Source: a virus
Lineage: Duplodnaviria > Caudoviricetes
Length of the DNA stretch: 39,170 nt
IMG/VR virus record: IMGVR_UViG_3300030433_003259
Location: 1 to 39,170 of that record
Direction: 5' to 3' (one strand)
Position 1 is the stretch's first letter; the number at the start of each line of letters is the position of its first letter. Below, in pieces: positions 28,901-37,218 of the stretch. Position numbers and translations under genes: made by a program. The notes under the pieces were generated by a model. The model did not search any database. It saw nothing but the letters and a program-made list of their open reading frames with translations, and was not told where the DNA came from.

Positions 28901-30116
28901 AGGTATTATCAAGTAAATTGGTAAAGGTGTTGATACCAGTGAATGTATTTTCACTTCCACTTCCTTCAACTTCTAAACCACCAACAAATAGACGATTGGC
29001 AATATGTACATCACCAGTAGTAACCGTTACAAGTCCTACAAAAGTAGATACTCCAGAAACATTAAGATTATCTAACTCAGTATGACCATCAATATCAACG
29101 TTACCATTGAAATCAGCAGCACCAGCAAAAGTCGATACTCCAGATACATTTATACTATCAAGTTCAGTATGTCCAGTTACATCTAGTCCACCACGAAGAG
29201 TTGCTGCATAATTTGTATTGACAACATTAGAATTTACCTGAATTGCATTACCCATGTAATTATGGGCAGTGCATTGATAATGAAGAACTGTTGGAGTCTC
29301 ATCACTTACTGTAATCTCAGTATAAGTATTCTGGAAGCTTACTCCTGATGTATATTCTGTGGTCTTATCTGCTTCAAGATAGAACTTGAGGGGATGACTT
29401 CCCGTATTATCATTCGTAAATCTATAAGTTCTTCCAGGTGTTAATGTTAAAAATGGTGCCTGCACACCGTTGATTGAATATCCAAGACCACTTCCCGTTC
29501 CATTATATCTATGAGAAGAATCTTTACTTACAACAGAAACAGTAAATGTAACTGTACTACCAAATGGTGCTTGCAGATAATCAAAATCTGCAAAGGCAGA
29601 GGAAGATGTAATTCCAGTAACTTCTAGAGTATCAAATGTTGGAGTATCACTTGATGTAATCGTAGAAGCAGTACCTGCAGCTGATACAGTTATATTATTA
29701 CCTACAAAATTTAAGGACTCAATTGTAGTTCCTACAACAGATCCCTCTTCTCGAATTTCATTTAGACCACTACTAGGTAGATTAGTTAACTGAGATCCAT
29801 CACCAAAATAGGTTACAACACCAGAAACTGCAGTTATAATACCAGAAGATACTTCAACAGTTCCTAAAGTTGCGATACCAGATGCACTTAAATTTCTAGT
29901 GGTTATATCTGTTCCAAAAGTAGTATCTCCTACTGTCAGTTCACCAGAGACAATTACATCTCCCCTAACATCCAACTGCTTTGAAGATTCAAATATCGTT
30001 GTGCCAATGCCAACACGACCGACTACCTCCAGTACCTTTTCGTCCTGGGTACTACCTTCTATACCAATTTTTTGCTGCTGCTGTCTGCCGCTAAGAAAAC
30101 GTACTGGTGCTGCCAT
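22923..30116 (-). CDS. long tail-fibre-like structural protein (2397 aa)
   Basis: Gly/Ser/Thr-rich, with recurring GIGTT, LxIYHDGSNSYI, GAVELYHNNSKKFETT, TATxFSGDGSALT and DTxPQLGGxLD modules typical of cyanomyovirus fibres. Confidence 0.85.
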   Translation of the reverse strand: MAAPVRFLSGRQQQQKIGIEGSTQDEKVLEVVGRVGIGTTIFESSKQLDVRGDVIVSGELTVGDTTFGTDITTRNLSASGIATLGTVEVSSGIITAVSGVVTYFGDGSQLTNLPSSGLNEIREEGSVVGTTIESLNFVGNNITVSAAGTASTITSSDTPTFDTLEVTGITSSSAFADFDYLQAPFGSTVTFTVSVVSKDSSHRYNGTGSGLGYSINGVQAPFLTLTPGRTYRFTNDNTGSHPLKFYLEADKTTEYTSGVSFQNTYTEITVSDETPTVLHYQCTAHNYMGNAIQVNSNVVNTNYAATLRGGLDVTGHTELDSINVSGVSTFAGAADFNGNVDIDGHTELDNLNVSGVSTFVGLVTVTTGDVHIANRLFVGGLEVEGSGSENTFTGINTFTNLLDNTLGDPDTGALNVNGGFGVNKNVSFGSTLFVQNAIGIGSAAPIGKLDVNGHTELDDVNVSGAITATTFTGNLAGTVNTAAQPNITSLGTLSSLTVSGTIDANGNLDVDGQTELDDLNVSGVSTFNGSISFPDSSGDTVGRALFGDSDDLRIYHDGNNSIIQEVGAGDLRLAGNVVKLNNQANTATMIKATEGGAVELNYNGSKKLETTGIGVSIINGTSDTATITGPSNLVIDPAAVGDNTGAVRIKGDLFVDGTQTQINSTTIELADFIVGIASTATTDTLADGAGIQIGPDNTFLYEYNGGTNPSLKSSENLNVASGKGYQINQTEVLSATTLGSSVVNSSLTSVGTLGSLTVSGNITANGNIVGDNSTNITGIDGVTATTLTGTPANTNSNSAFSVTANGSSAYRFTGPGNSGSDDNPDLYLVRGQRYTFTNNSGGSHPFQIRESSGGSAYNDGVTNNGASSGNIVFNVQYDAPARLYYQCTSHGGMVGTIYIVGGQQIISGIVTATAFSGSGASLTALNASNLASGTIPDARFPATLPAISGANLTNLPAATTIPVADESSDTTCFPIFTTAATGSLALKSGSNLTFNSANGTLTATAFSGDGSALTNLSGVIPDVVSDTSPQLGGNLDLNSNLINGTGGINITGIITATTFSGSGASLDTLNASNLASGTIPDGRFPATLPAVSGANLTAVDATTLDGVDSTSFLRSDAADTKTSGNLTFNDSIQVNFGTSNDLQIYHNGSDSYIYNSTGDILIRQDTNDGDIRIQSDDGSGGLTDYFRADGSTGDAILYHYGSQRLHTNSTGINVVGTITADGLRMNDNETIELGTGNDLEIYHDGSNSYINNNTGNLLTRVPGGNLFAIQKSGGTENIAIFNADGAVELYHNNSKKFETTSGGATVTGTLTATSFSGSGASLTGITASQVGAIGSLVGDTSPQLGGTLDTNGNLIQFGDSSSATDDRLQFGASQDLQIYHNGADSYISQQGTGNITIGNTTDDQDVIITTDNGSGSTADYFRADGSTGEAILYHYGSQKLATKSGGVTVTGTLTATAFSGDGSALTNLPAGATPDKISEGNTEVEVIDTGSDGHVKFTTEGSERARIDASGRLGIGVTTPGSTLEINVGTATSAFDIQGSAGQLFSVTNNLTSGSIFSVNDVSGIPSIDVDADGTIQLAPFSATESVGVGTTNPTVKLDVVGDTRVTGVSTISGKLAVEKGTIINTGDSQIRHRSFYNNNYYLNDVARFAHSEGHPQVAVFANYFNGSDIGAEVSIIRSKGGVIGGNGGGTVAVPGEPIGGIKFGAAISNQVVQAGFFGAFLSESGTFSDTSKPTDFRFYTNPNGAIVPTEKVRITSEGNVGIGSTVPTSKLDVVGDARVTGITTLQGNIFVPSDTYLRLGDSNTLTLSQTSSVNTIQSSSIHGIQFYTQKIVLKNQSANETLAEFTQNGSVDLYYDNSKKFETTSGGATVTGTLTATAFSGDGSALTGISADVVDDTTPQLGGDLNTNGNLIQFPDSGSSSANRVTFGDASDLSIYHDGSNSYISDTGTGNLLIRAESLVAIQDTSGNNSAIFNDGGTVELYHNNSLKFTTQSYGIDVTGEVQCDSLDVDGAADITGNVTLHANLDLQDNDKILIGTGDDLEIYHDGSNNIIKTAGNQNLQLYSLGTGAVEIASDAPKLIFNDATGGSQIDFSINANTGVFTMEDDTNSDTFFKYTQNGAVELYHDNSKKLETTADGAIVTGILTATSFAGDGSALTGISAGGSPEFYTGITSSRQIAPLSFETSVFTFPSTSGRQYVIESISVANVDESVGVGTTVNIIASIEDATAAEQTYIAYNVPIVTGGLIELLKNPIVAGPSDVIKMWTTNDGYIGVNNAADVYINYTEFESTDYISKFASSTTINSTDAVTLYTSTGNPTMIEKIGFANRTDVGDFPVSIKITNGVTTSYLAKNLIIPRYSTVDILDRHKRIETGAKIEVEVGSTNTVDVIISGKKITS

Positions 30117-30133
30117 TTTTCTACTTTAAAATA

Positions 30134-30475
30134 TTAGAGATTAGATGTTTCCAGAATACTTGAGATATATTTCAAGTCAGTAGCAGTACTACCAACTATT
30201 GTCAATGTGTCACCAGTTTCTACAACTAGTTTTCCTGCAAGTAAATTTGCAGTGTCATTTGCCGGGATTGCCAAATCCTTGACAATCTCAGTATCGGTCC
30301 CACTTCTACGATGACCGAAAGTTAATGTCTGAGTCGATGACCCAATATTTGTTACCTGTGCCAAAAGGACAACACCCGTATAACCGACAGGTGCCGTATA
30401 AATTCCAACTGTGCTTGTTCCAACTACGTTCGTAATAGTTTGGAATACATTTACTGCTGCCGCTGCGACTGCCAT
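30134..30475 (-). CDS. small beta-sandwich structural/adaptor protein (113 aa)
   Basis: IYTAP...VTN...IVKDLAIP...KLVVETGD pattern. Lies between two fibre genes. Confidence 0.75.
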   Translation of the reverse strand: MAVAAAAVNVFQTITNVVGTSTVGIYTAPVGYTGVVLLAQVTNIGSSTQTLTFGHRRSGTDTEIVKDLAIPANDTANLLAGKLVVETGDTLTIVGSTATDLKYISSILETSNL

Positions 30476-30479
30476 TTGA

Positions 30480-32774
30480 TTAATCTCCTCCTAATGCAAG
30501 AATGAATGGTGTTACTTGTGTGAATAAACTCTTAATGTAAACGTTTCCGGACACAGTTCCGGTTGATTGATTGATCACAACACCATCACCAATTCTAAAG
30601 TTACCTCTTTGATCCGTACTAGTGTAATTAATTCTAGCACCGTCATCAGTGATTACTTCATTTTCTTGAATAGTAATTCCACCTCTTGATGGATATGCAG
30701 TTTCAATTGTGTTGCCAGCACCAACGTATTGGAACGACTGAGAACTTACAATTTGTAAACTCTGTCTTGCGAAGAAGGCAGTGCTTCCAACTCCAACTTC
30801 ATTATTTAGATTTTGTACCAGACTGATAGTTGTTATACCAGCAACTGGTGCGGTTGCTTCAAGAACATCATAATAAATTGCCTCTATTGTTGCCGTTGCT
30901 GCGGCATTAGATCCACCACCACCAGAGAAAGAAACACTAGGAACACTCTCATATTGTGATCCGGCACTTCTTACGGTAACCACTGTCACTGCACCATTTT
31001 CAATAGTTGCCGTTGCCTGTGCAGGAACAGCAACACCAGGACCAGTTGGAGAATCAATAGTTACAACAGGAGGACTGGTGTAACCCGATCCACCATTTGT
31101 AACAGTAATGTCTTTCACAACAAAATACTTACGATCAAAATATACTGCCTGTCCATCATATGGACGATTGTTTCCTACACCAGAAACAACAATTTGATTT
31201 TGACTGACTGCCGCAGTAGAATTTACAGATCCAGTATAACGATCAACACACTTAGATGTTTGATCACCAGTTCCCTCGGCAACTAATCCTTTTGTTCCAA
31301 AGGAAGTGTTGGAGTTTGTCAAATCACACTGCCCACCACCTCCAGTATAAACTGCAATATCATCACAAATAGTGAAAAGTGAAACTAACTGGGCATAGGC
31401 ACCATTAGTCACCGAAACTCCAATACCACCTTGATTATATTGAGTATAAGAGTCAACGTTAAATGAACCTTGAACACCTATATTGTTTACTTGATCTCCC
31501 TCATCAGCATTAAATCCATCAATTCTAGCACCAATACTATCCTTGATAAAGTTAGTACAGTTTCTTATGTAAGGACCCTTGGTGATAATACCAGTCCCTT
31601 GTAAAGGACTAGATGATGCTGTAAGAATACCAGAGTTGATTGCTCCATTATTACCAGGGAAGTTTGTATTGATACCTGCTCCTCCCAAAGCACTTAACCC
31701 ATTCCCAATAACAGTGGTTACAATTCCGGCACAAGTATGAACTGCTGAATGAACATTTGCACAATTCCCAGAATCATATTGTGATCCATCAATTTGAATG
31801 CTTTCATCCTTTACTTGTGTATGGGCAGATGCATATACTCCACCACCACTCTTTTGATAAGAAACATTATTGATACATGATCTAGCAATACCAACGGAGA
31901 ACTTAATAGCTTCTACAGTCGCATCCTTTACACTATATCCATTAGGATCATTTCCGGTGATATGTTGTAGTGCTCCGGCAGTAGTATAATATGATTTACC
32001 AGCACCTACACACTTAGAGTTACCACCTCTTGTGATGTCGTGACAGATTGCTCTGTAAATATCTTTGATATCATCTCTACAATTCTGTGGATCTGTTGGA
32101 GTTCCACCGGCATCAACAACTTGGAAAGCAGGGTTTTTATAATCCGTACTTGTCAAATATCCTACTGCTTGACTTGCAATAAAGTCTAGATTTTGACGAA
32201 TCAATCTTGCACCATCAAAGAATCTATCTGATGAAACACCTACAAGTGGTCTAAATGCAATAACTGCAGATCCGCCTGTCATTGGACCACCGACAAAACT
32301 TAAGTCAGTAATGTGAGATCCTTGACCAACGTAGAATAAGTCACTACCAGCATTTTGAGGTGCTACCAGACAACGACGAAGTTCTGTTCCTTCTACCGAA
32401 ACATTGTCTGGAAGATTGATTGGATTGTTTTCTGTATAAGTTCCGGGATAAACTTTTACAGTGTCACCAGGAGATGCTAATGCAACGGCAGATTTAATTG
32501 TTGCCTTTGCATTATTTTCATCCAATCCAGTATTGTCATCATTACCGTTTTCAGAAACGAATAATGTTTTTCCAACAAAAGTTGTGCTACCCGCACCTAC
32601 TTCTATAACTCTTGTTGCAATTCCTACTTGTCCATCATGACCAGTCGTTTGATCCTGTTTGAAAAAGATCTTACCATCATAAAAGTTAACAGCTAATTCA
32701 CCTAACTGTAACTGTTCTTTTGTTGGTTTTTTGCCAGCGACCGCTGACCTCTTTATCCTAATCGGAGTGGCCAT
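30480..32774 (-). CDS. tail fibre/tailspike-like structural protein (764 aa) with pectin-lyase-like beta-helix
   Basis: N-terminal IRIKRS..GKKP....LQLGELAVN..DG fibre-anchor motif, FVSENGNDDNTG...TIKSA...GDTVKVYPGTY beta-helix cap, and ITVTNGGSGY repeats. Confidence 0.8.
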   Translation of the reverse strand: MATPIRIKRSAVAGKKPTKEQLQLGELAVNFYDGKIFFKQDQTTGHDGQVGIATRVIEVGAGSTTFVGKTLFVSENGNDDNTGLDENNAKATIKSAVALASPGDTVKVYPGTYTENNPINLPDNVSVEGTELRRCLVAPQNAGSDLFYVGQGSHITDLSFVGGPMTGGSAVIAFRPLVGVSSDRFFDGARLIRQNLDFIASQAVGYLTSTDYKNPAFQVVDAGGTPTDPQNCRDDIKDIYRAICHDITRGGNSKCVGAGKSYYTTAGALQHITGNDPNGYSVKDATVEAIKFSVGIARSCINNVSYQKSGGGVYASAHTQVKDESIQIDGSQYDSGNCANVHSAVHTCAGIVTTVIGNGLSALGGAGINTNFPGNNGAINSGILTASSSPLQGTGIITKGPYIRNCTNFIKDSIGARIDGFNADEGDQVNNIGVQGSFNVDSYTQYNQGGIGVSVTNGAYAQLVSLFTICDDIAVYTGGGGQCDLTNSNTSFGTKGLVAEGTGDQTSKCVDRYTGSVNSTAAVSQNQIVVSGVGNNRPYDGQAVYFDRKYFVVKDITVTNGGSGYTSPPVVTIDSPTGPGVAVPAQATATIENGAVTVVTVRSAGSQYESVPSVSFSGGGGSNAAATATIEAIYYDVLEATAPVAGITTISLVQNLNNEVGVGSTAFFARQSLQIVSSQSFQYVGAGNTIETAYPSRGGITIQENEVITDDGARINYTSTDQRGNFRIGDGVVINQSTGTVSGNVYIKSLFTQVTPFILALGGD

Positions 32775-32829
32775 TTATTCTTCTGTCGGTATGTACCGGT
32801 TCAGAACAGTATATACTGTCCTTTTCATT

Positions 32830-32837
32830 TATTTATA
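32830..32837 (-). promoter_or_regulatory. T4-type late promoter for the fibre operon
   Basis: Exact TATAAATA 56 bp upstream of the 764 aa gene. Confidence 0.75.
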
Positions 32838-32866
32838 AAAACTCAAGACGCATTGTTGCGTCTTGA
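32837..32866 (-). terminator. hairpin/terminator overlapping the HNH stop
   Basis: Perfect 10 bp inverted repeat TCAAGACGCA-ACAA-TGCGTCTTGA followed by GTTTTT. Confidence 0.5.
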
Positions 32867-33214
32867 TCCATAACGATAAAGGTTTGCCACTGGTTCTGGT
32901 TCCATCCACTTCTGGATTCTTTCATAACGGTCAATATCAAAAAACTCCTGTGAAAGATACCAGTCTTCCATAGGAGAATATGCTTTATCTTGATTACATT
33001 TGTGGCAGGCACACAGACAATTCTTAGTGAAGTCTGTTCCACCCTTTGCTCTCGGAACGATGTGGTCTATTGTGAGTTCATGCTCAGACCCACAATAGGC
33101 ACACTCCCAATCCCATTCTTCCTTTATCTTTTGCCTCCATAATCTTTTTGCTTCTGCGGAACAAGTTGTGTGGAGGTTAAAGACATAGGCTTGAAAGGTA
33201 TTGTAGAGAGGCAT
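32843..33214 (-). CDS. HNH endonuclease
   Basis: CAYCG...TIDHIVP..KGG.....N....CHKCNQDK (two CxxC plus H-N-N). Confidence 0.9.
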   Translation of the reverse strand: MPLYNTFQAYVFNLHTTCSAEAKRLWRQKIKEEWDWECAYCGSEHELTIDHIVPRAKGGTDFTKNCLCACHKCNQDKAYSPMEDWYLSQEFFDIDRYERIQKWMEPEPVANLYRYGSRRNNAS

Positions 33215-33234
33215 AAAAGATTGCGTCTTACAAT

Positions 33235-33242
33235 TATTTATG
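33235..33242 (-). promoter_or_regulatory. late-promoter-like motif upstream of HNH
   Basis: CATAAATA overlapping the lectin stop codon. Confidence 0.45.
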
Positions 33243-33987
33243 CATACCTCCCTTTATTTGCATCGTAATTTTGTTGGACTTCTGATGCGGTTAAAACTTT
33301 ACTATAAATTCGACATATTGATATTTTACCATCAAAAAATCTATCCCTGCTCACCGTTGAGGAGGTATTATCTTGAATGCAACCTATAAGTTTATTATCA
33401 GAATCCCATGTTTGTGCTGCCATAGTACCTGTTGTTGATGAAGTTGATTTTTGTTCTCCATTTAAATATAAAACAAATCCAGAACTACTATCATAAGTTG
33501 CTATCACATTATACCAAGTATTAATATTAATACTATCAGCACCACTTCCAACGGGACTAATCCAACTACCCATATTCGTCCTTACACCCACTTCTTTATC
33601 ATCCAAACTATCACCAAAAACTATAAAAAAATTACGACCCCCACCACCTAAAAGCACCTTAGACTTTTTTGAATTAGTACCACCATCAGAAGGTAAATTA
33701 TTAGCATTAAACCAAAACTCTACAGTAAAATTATTAGATCCGTTGAATAAAGCATCACTAATATTACTATCTGCTGTGTAGGGAATTTTGACATTATCAT
33801 TAGTCCCATCAAAAACAAAAGACCCACCATCACCAGAGTTATGAGTAGATCCATCGATAGTTCCATAATTACTTCCAATCAAATCAGTCCAGGAAGTTCC
33901 ACTACCAGGATAAGACTTAGTATTCCCAGCATCTAGTGCTAATACAAGTCCGTCCTCAACTACATTTGGTCCTGCTGCTGCTCCCAT
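33238..33987 (-). CDS. LamG/concanavalin A-like lectin domain protein
   Basis: DGLVLALDAGNTKSYPGSGT...FTVEFW...WYNVIATYD...LYLNG...FDGKIS..RIY...EVQQNY. Confidence 0.85.
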   Translation of the reverse strand: MGAAAGPNVVEDGLVLALDAGNTKSYPGSGTSWTDLIGSNYGTIDGSTHNSGDGGSFVFDGTNDNVKIPYTADSNISDALFNGSNNFTVEFWFNANNLPSDGGTNSKKSKVLLGGGGRNFFIVFGDSLDDKEVGVRTNMGSWISPVGSGADSININTWYNVIATYDSSSGFVLYLNGEQKSTSSTTGTMAAQTWDSDNKLIGCIQDNTSSTVSRDRFFDGKISICRIYSKVLTASEVQQNYDANKGRYA

Positions 33988-34658
33988 TATGCATACCTCC
34001 CTTTGAGTGCATCGTAATTTTGTTTAACCTCTGCTGCTGTGAGTGATCTATTGTAAACGGATATTGATGAAATAAAACCATCCCATACTTCATCACCAGT
34101 ACTAGCACTAGATATACCTCCTCCCCCAAAACTCCAGTTAGTAAAATTATGAGAGTCACTATATGATGAAGAAGAGGTATGTACTAATTCACCATCAACA
34201 TAAAAACTTATAGGACCGGTATGTGTATGTGTAGCTACAAAATTATACCAAGTATCTACTACTGCCGTAAAAGAACTGTTAGGAACAAATTCATTGGGAT
34301 CATATATCATAAAGTCATCATTTAAGAGAGCAAACAAAAAATTATCATTCTCTTGATCAATCATAGATTGATAACCTGAAACGTTTGGTGTTCGACACCA
34401 AACCGAATATGTAAAAGTTGGAAATGGTGAACTATTAGGATTAGGAATAAAAGCTTCTGGAAGACTAAAATAACCTCCATTATTACTAGAATAAGTATTC
34501 CTACCACTACCAGTTTTTAGTGTCGCATCACCAAACGATCCTTCTGTTGCTATATTTTTCCAAGTAGTTCCACTACCAGGATAAGACTTGGTGTTCCCGG
34601 CATCTAATGCTATTACAAGTCCGTCAGTTACAATGCGTGGTGAGTGTGCGAGTCCCAT
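33987..34658 (-). CDS. LamG/concanavalin A-like lectin domain protein
   Basis: Paralogue with the same termini. TAATG stop/start overlaps on both sides. Confidence 0.85.
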   Translation of the reverse strand: MGLAHSPRIVTDGLVIALDAGNTKSYPGSGTTWKNIATEGSFGDATLKTGSGRNTYSSNNGGYFSLPEAFIPNPNSSPFPTFTYSVWCRTPNVSGYQSMIDQENDNFLFALLNDDFMIYDPNEFVPNSSFTAVVDTWYNFVATHTHTGPISFYVDGELVHTSSSSYSDSHNFTNWSFGGGGISSASTGDEVWDGFISSISVYNRSLTAAEVKQNYDALKGRYA

Positions 34659-35335
34659 TATGCGTACCTCCCTTTAGTTGCATTGTAGTTTTGTAAGACT
34701 TCTGCTGCTGTGAGTGCTTTGTTTTTGTAAATACGAACAAGTGAAAGGTCACCGTCATAATAGTATGAACCGTTTCTACTACGGGCTATGCGAAGTTGAG
34801 CGGTGCTATTGAAATCTGTGTCTACGGTGCCTGTTCCATCTAAAGACCCATCTTTATAAATTTTAAATTGATTGGTCCCTGTCCCTTCGCGCACAAAAAT
34901 CAAATGCTCCCAGACATTCAAAGTCGTTGAACTAACCGCATTCGCATAACCGCCACCTGAATCTTGTGCCCAAAACTTAATTTTAGCAGAGCTATTAAAA
35001 CTAATGTCAAAAGTGCCTGTGCCTGTGTTATTGGTGCCGATAATTGTTTCGGCTGGTGATTGTGTATGAGCCCTGAACCAAATCTCTATACTGAAGGGAT
35101 CTGTGCCAAAACTTGTCCATCCAGAAGAGTTTTCATAATACTCATTAGACCCGTTGTAGTGAGTAGAGTTAAAGGTGGTATTCCATTGTGGGCTACCGTA
35201 TCCGGTAAAATGTATATTATTGATCAAGTCATACCAATTATAAGTATATTGACCCGAATGAGACTTAGTATTTGCAGAATCAAGTGCTAATACAAGACCA
35301 TCAGTAACTGTTCTAGGGTTATAACCAACCGCCAT
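34658..35335 (-). CDS. LamG/concanavalin A-like lectin domain protein
   Basis: Paralogue: DGLVLALD...FSIEIW...WEHL...IYKDG...EVLQNYNATKGRYA. Confidence 0.85.
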   Translation of the reverse strand: MAVGYNPRTVTDGLVLALDSANTKSHSGQYTYNWYDLINNIHFTGYGSPQWNTTFNSTHYNGSNEYYENSSGWTSFGTDPFSIEIWFRAHTQSPAETIIGTNNTGTGTFDISFNSSAKIKFWAQDSGGGYANAVSSTTLNVWEHLIFVREGTGTNQFKIYKDGSLDGTGTVDTDFNSTAQLRIARSRNGSYYYDGDLSLVRIYKNKALTAAEVLQNYNATKGRYA

Positions 35336-35356
35336 TATTCATCGATACTTTTCTTG

Positions 35357-35364
35357 TATTTATC
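35357..35364 (-). promoter_or_regulatory. late-promoter-like motif for the lectin genes
   Basis: GATAAATA 22 bp upstream of the first lectin ATG. Confidence 0.55.
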
Positions 35365-35851
35365 AAATAAACCCACCCATATCATAGATGTACATTCTAC
35401 CCATCATAATCCAGTACGATGTGAACAAATCCTCAAAGTGTTCTGCAAAAAAACTGAACTTCTCATCAATGATTTCTCTACCAATCACCTCAAAGTGTGC
35501 CTTGGAACAAGCAAAGAATTCTTCTAGTGCTTCTTCATCTCCCTGTTTAAACCCACGCACATAAAGATCCCGTGCCGCATTCATAATTTCATGACACTCT
35601 TTCGGTAATACAATCTCTGTTCCATTAGGTAGTGGCAAGACTTTACTTTTGATCGTACCCATTGAGAGTTTCATACATTCTCTACTCTGCTCAACTGATA
35701 ATGCCCTCTCATCACCATCTCTGAATGCATGTTGCACACAACCATTGGTACATTCCATCACACGAACCAAAGCAGTTGCATCGAGTACTTCTTCAGTCTG
35801 CATACTCCACAGGTCTTTCCAATACTTATAATACTGCTTATTAACTTCCAT
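35363..35851 (-). CDS. hypothetical protein (162 aa; start could be the internal MQTEE)
   Basis: Uninterrupted co-oriented ORF filling the gap. No recognised motif. Confidence 0.7.
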   Translation of the reverse strand: MEVNKQYYKYWKDLWSMQTEEVLDATALVRVMECTNGCVQHAFRDGDERALSVEQSRECMKLSMGTIKSKVLPLPNGTEIVLPKECHEIMNAARDLYVRGFKQGDEEALEEFFACSKAHFEVIGREIIDEKFSFFAEHFEDLFTSYWIMMGRMYIYDMGGFI

Positions 35852-35886
35852 AAAAAAGAGGGTCAGTAGACCCCCTAGTATATCAT
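35847..35886 (-). terminator. extended -10 plus stem-loop/terminator cassette, copy 2
   Basis: ATGATATACTA-GGGGGTC-TACT-GACCCTC-TTTTTTATGGA. Confidence 0.7.
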
Positions 35887-35888
35887 CT

Positions 35889-36101
35889 TTAGTTATTTTT
35901 GTAAAGATCTTCTAGTTTATCCCTAGAGAGATCAACATACATTACTTCATCACCTGGATCAGGTGCTTCTGGATGACGTGGTTTAGGTGGTTCGTTCATC
36001 ATCTTATTGATGTCACGAATGTTAGACCACATCAGAGCAAAAGCACCTCCTGCAATAAGAGAAAAACATACACCGTAAACAAAAACAAGATAGTGGTTCA
36101 C
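35889..36101 (-). CDS. small membrane protein with RHPE motif (DUF2973-like)
   Basis: N-terminal TM helix, PRHPEAP motif, and GTGA overlap with the psbD stop. Confidence 0.7.
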   Translation of the reverse strand: MNHYLVFVYGVCFSLIAGGAFALMWSNIRDINKMMNEPPKPRHPEAPDPGDEVMYVDLSRDKLEDLYKNN

Positions 36102-37159
36102 AGTGCATTACCACGAGGAAGAACTTCTTCAGGGAATACAAAGTTCTCATGCGGTTGGTCAACTGGTGCCATCCAGGCACGGAGACCTTCATTCAAGAGA
36201 ATGTTCTTGGTGTAGAACGTTTCGAACTCTGGGTCTTCTGATGCTCGGATTTCCTGGGAAACAAAGTCATAAGCCCTAAGGTTGAGAGCAAGACCAATAA
36301 TACCGATGGAACTTGTCCACAGACCCATAACAGGAACAAAGAGCATAAAGAAATGCAACCACCTCTTATTGCTAAACGCAATACCAAAGATCTGAGACCA
36401 GAAACGGTTTGCCGTAACCATTGAGTAAGTTTCTTCCTCTTGAGTAGAATCAAATGCCTTGAAAGTATTTGCTTGCTCACCATCTTGATAAAGTGTATTT
36501 TCAACAGTTACACCATGAATTGCTGAAAGCAATGCTCCACCTAAGATACCAGCAACACCCATCATATGGAAAGGGTTGAGCGTCCAGTTATGGAAACCCT
36601 GTAGGAAGAGTAGGAAGCGGAATATCGCAGCAACACCAAACGACGGTGCAAAGAACCAGCTGGACTGTCCGAGTGGGTAAATGAGAAAAACACTGACAAA
36701 AACAGCGATAGGCCCAGAAAACGCAATAGCATTGTACGGTCGGATTCCGATAAGACGTGCGAGTTCGAACTGACGAAGCATGAAACCAATCAGAGCAAAG
36801 GCACCGTGGAGAGCAACAAAGGCCCAAAGCCCTCCAAGTTGGCACCACCTGATGAAGTCGCCCTGAGACTCAGGACCCCAAAGTAGAAGAAGAGAATGAC
36901 CCATAGCATCAGCAGGCGTTGACACAGCCGCTGTGAGAAAATTAGCACCCTCAAGATAACTACTTGCGAGTCCGTGGGTGTACCACGACGTAACAAAAGT
37001 AGTACCAGTGAGCCAGCCACCAATTGCAAGATAAGCAGTGGGAAAAAGTAATAGTCCAGACCAGCCCACAAAGACAAAACGATCCCGTTTAAGCCAGTCA
37101 TCCAAGACATCGAACCATCCTCTCTGCGAAATTGGGGGTGAAAGAGACGAAGTAGTCAT
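36098..37159 (-). CDS. psbD: photosystem II reaction centre protein D2
   Basis: [22 protein letters not shown]...[12 protein letters not shown]...[12 protein letters not shown], full length and uninterrupted. Confidence 0.99.
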   Translation of the reverse strand: MTTSSLSPPISQRGWFDVLDDWLKRDRFVFVGWSGLLLFPTAYLAIGGWLTGTTFVTSWYTHGLASSYLEGANFLTAAVSTPADAMGHSLLLLWGPESQGDFIRWCQLGGLWAFVALHGAFALIGFMLRQFELARLIGIRPYNAIAFSGPIAVFVSVFLIYPLGQSSWFFAPSFGVAAIFRFLLFLQGFHNWTLNPFHMMGVAGILGGALLSAIHGVTVENTLYQDGEQANTFKAFDSTQEEETYSMVTANRFWSQIFGIAFSNKRWLHFFMLFVPVMGLWTSSIGIIGLALNLRAYDFVSQEIRASEDPEFETFYTKNILLNEGLRAWMAPVDQPHENFVFPEEVLPRGNAL

Positions 37160-37189
37160 AAAGTTTTTTGAAGTTAACTTCTCATATTT

Positions 37190-37218
37190 AGTTTACACTT
37201 CTTTACATGAAAAGTCAA
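37190..37218 (-). promoter_or_regulatory. sigma70-type psbD promoter with overlapping HLR1-like direct repeat
   Basis: TTGACT-17 bp-TAAACT. The plus strand shows TTTACACT-TC-TTTACATG at 37192-37209. Confidence 0.65.

Noticed and set aside
2900-35335. Diversity-generating retroelement acting on the adhesins or lectins
   Set aside because: No reverse transcriptase or non-coding template repeat in the window, and I see no adenine-specific mismatch pattern between repeats.
36098-37159. Intron or homing-endonuclease insertion in psbD
   Set aside because: The ORF is continuous and of normal D2 length. The HNH gene is about 3 kb away and free-standing.
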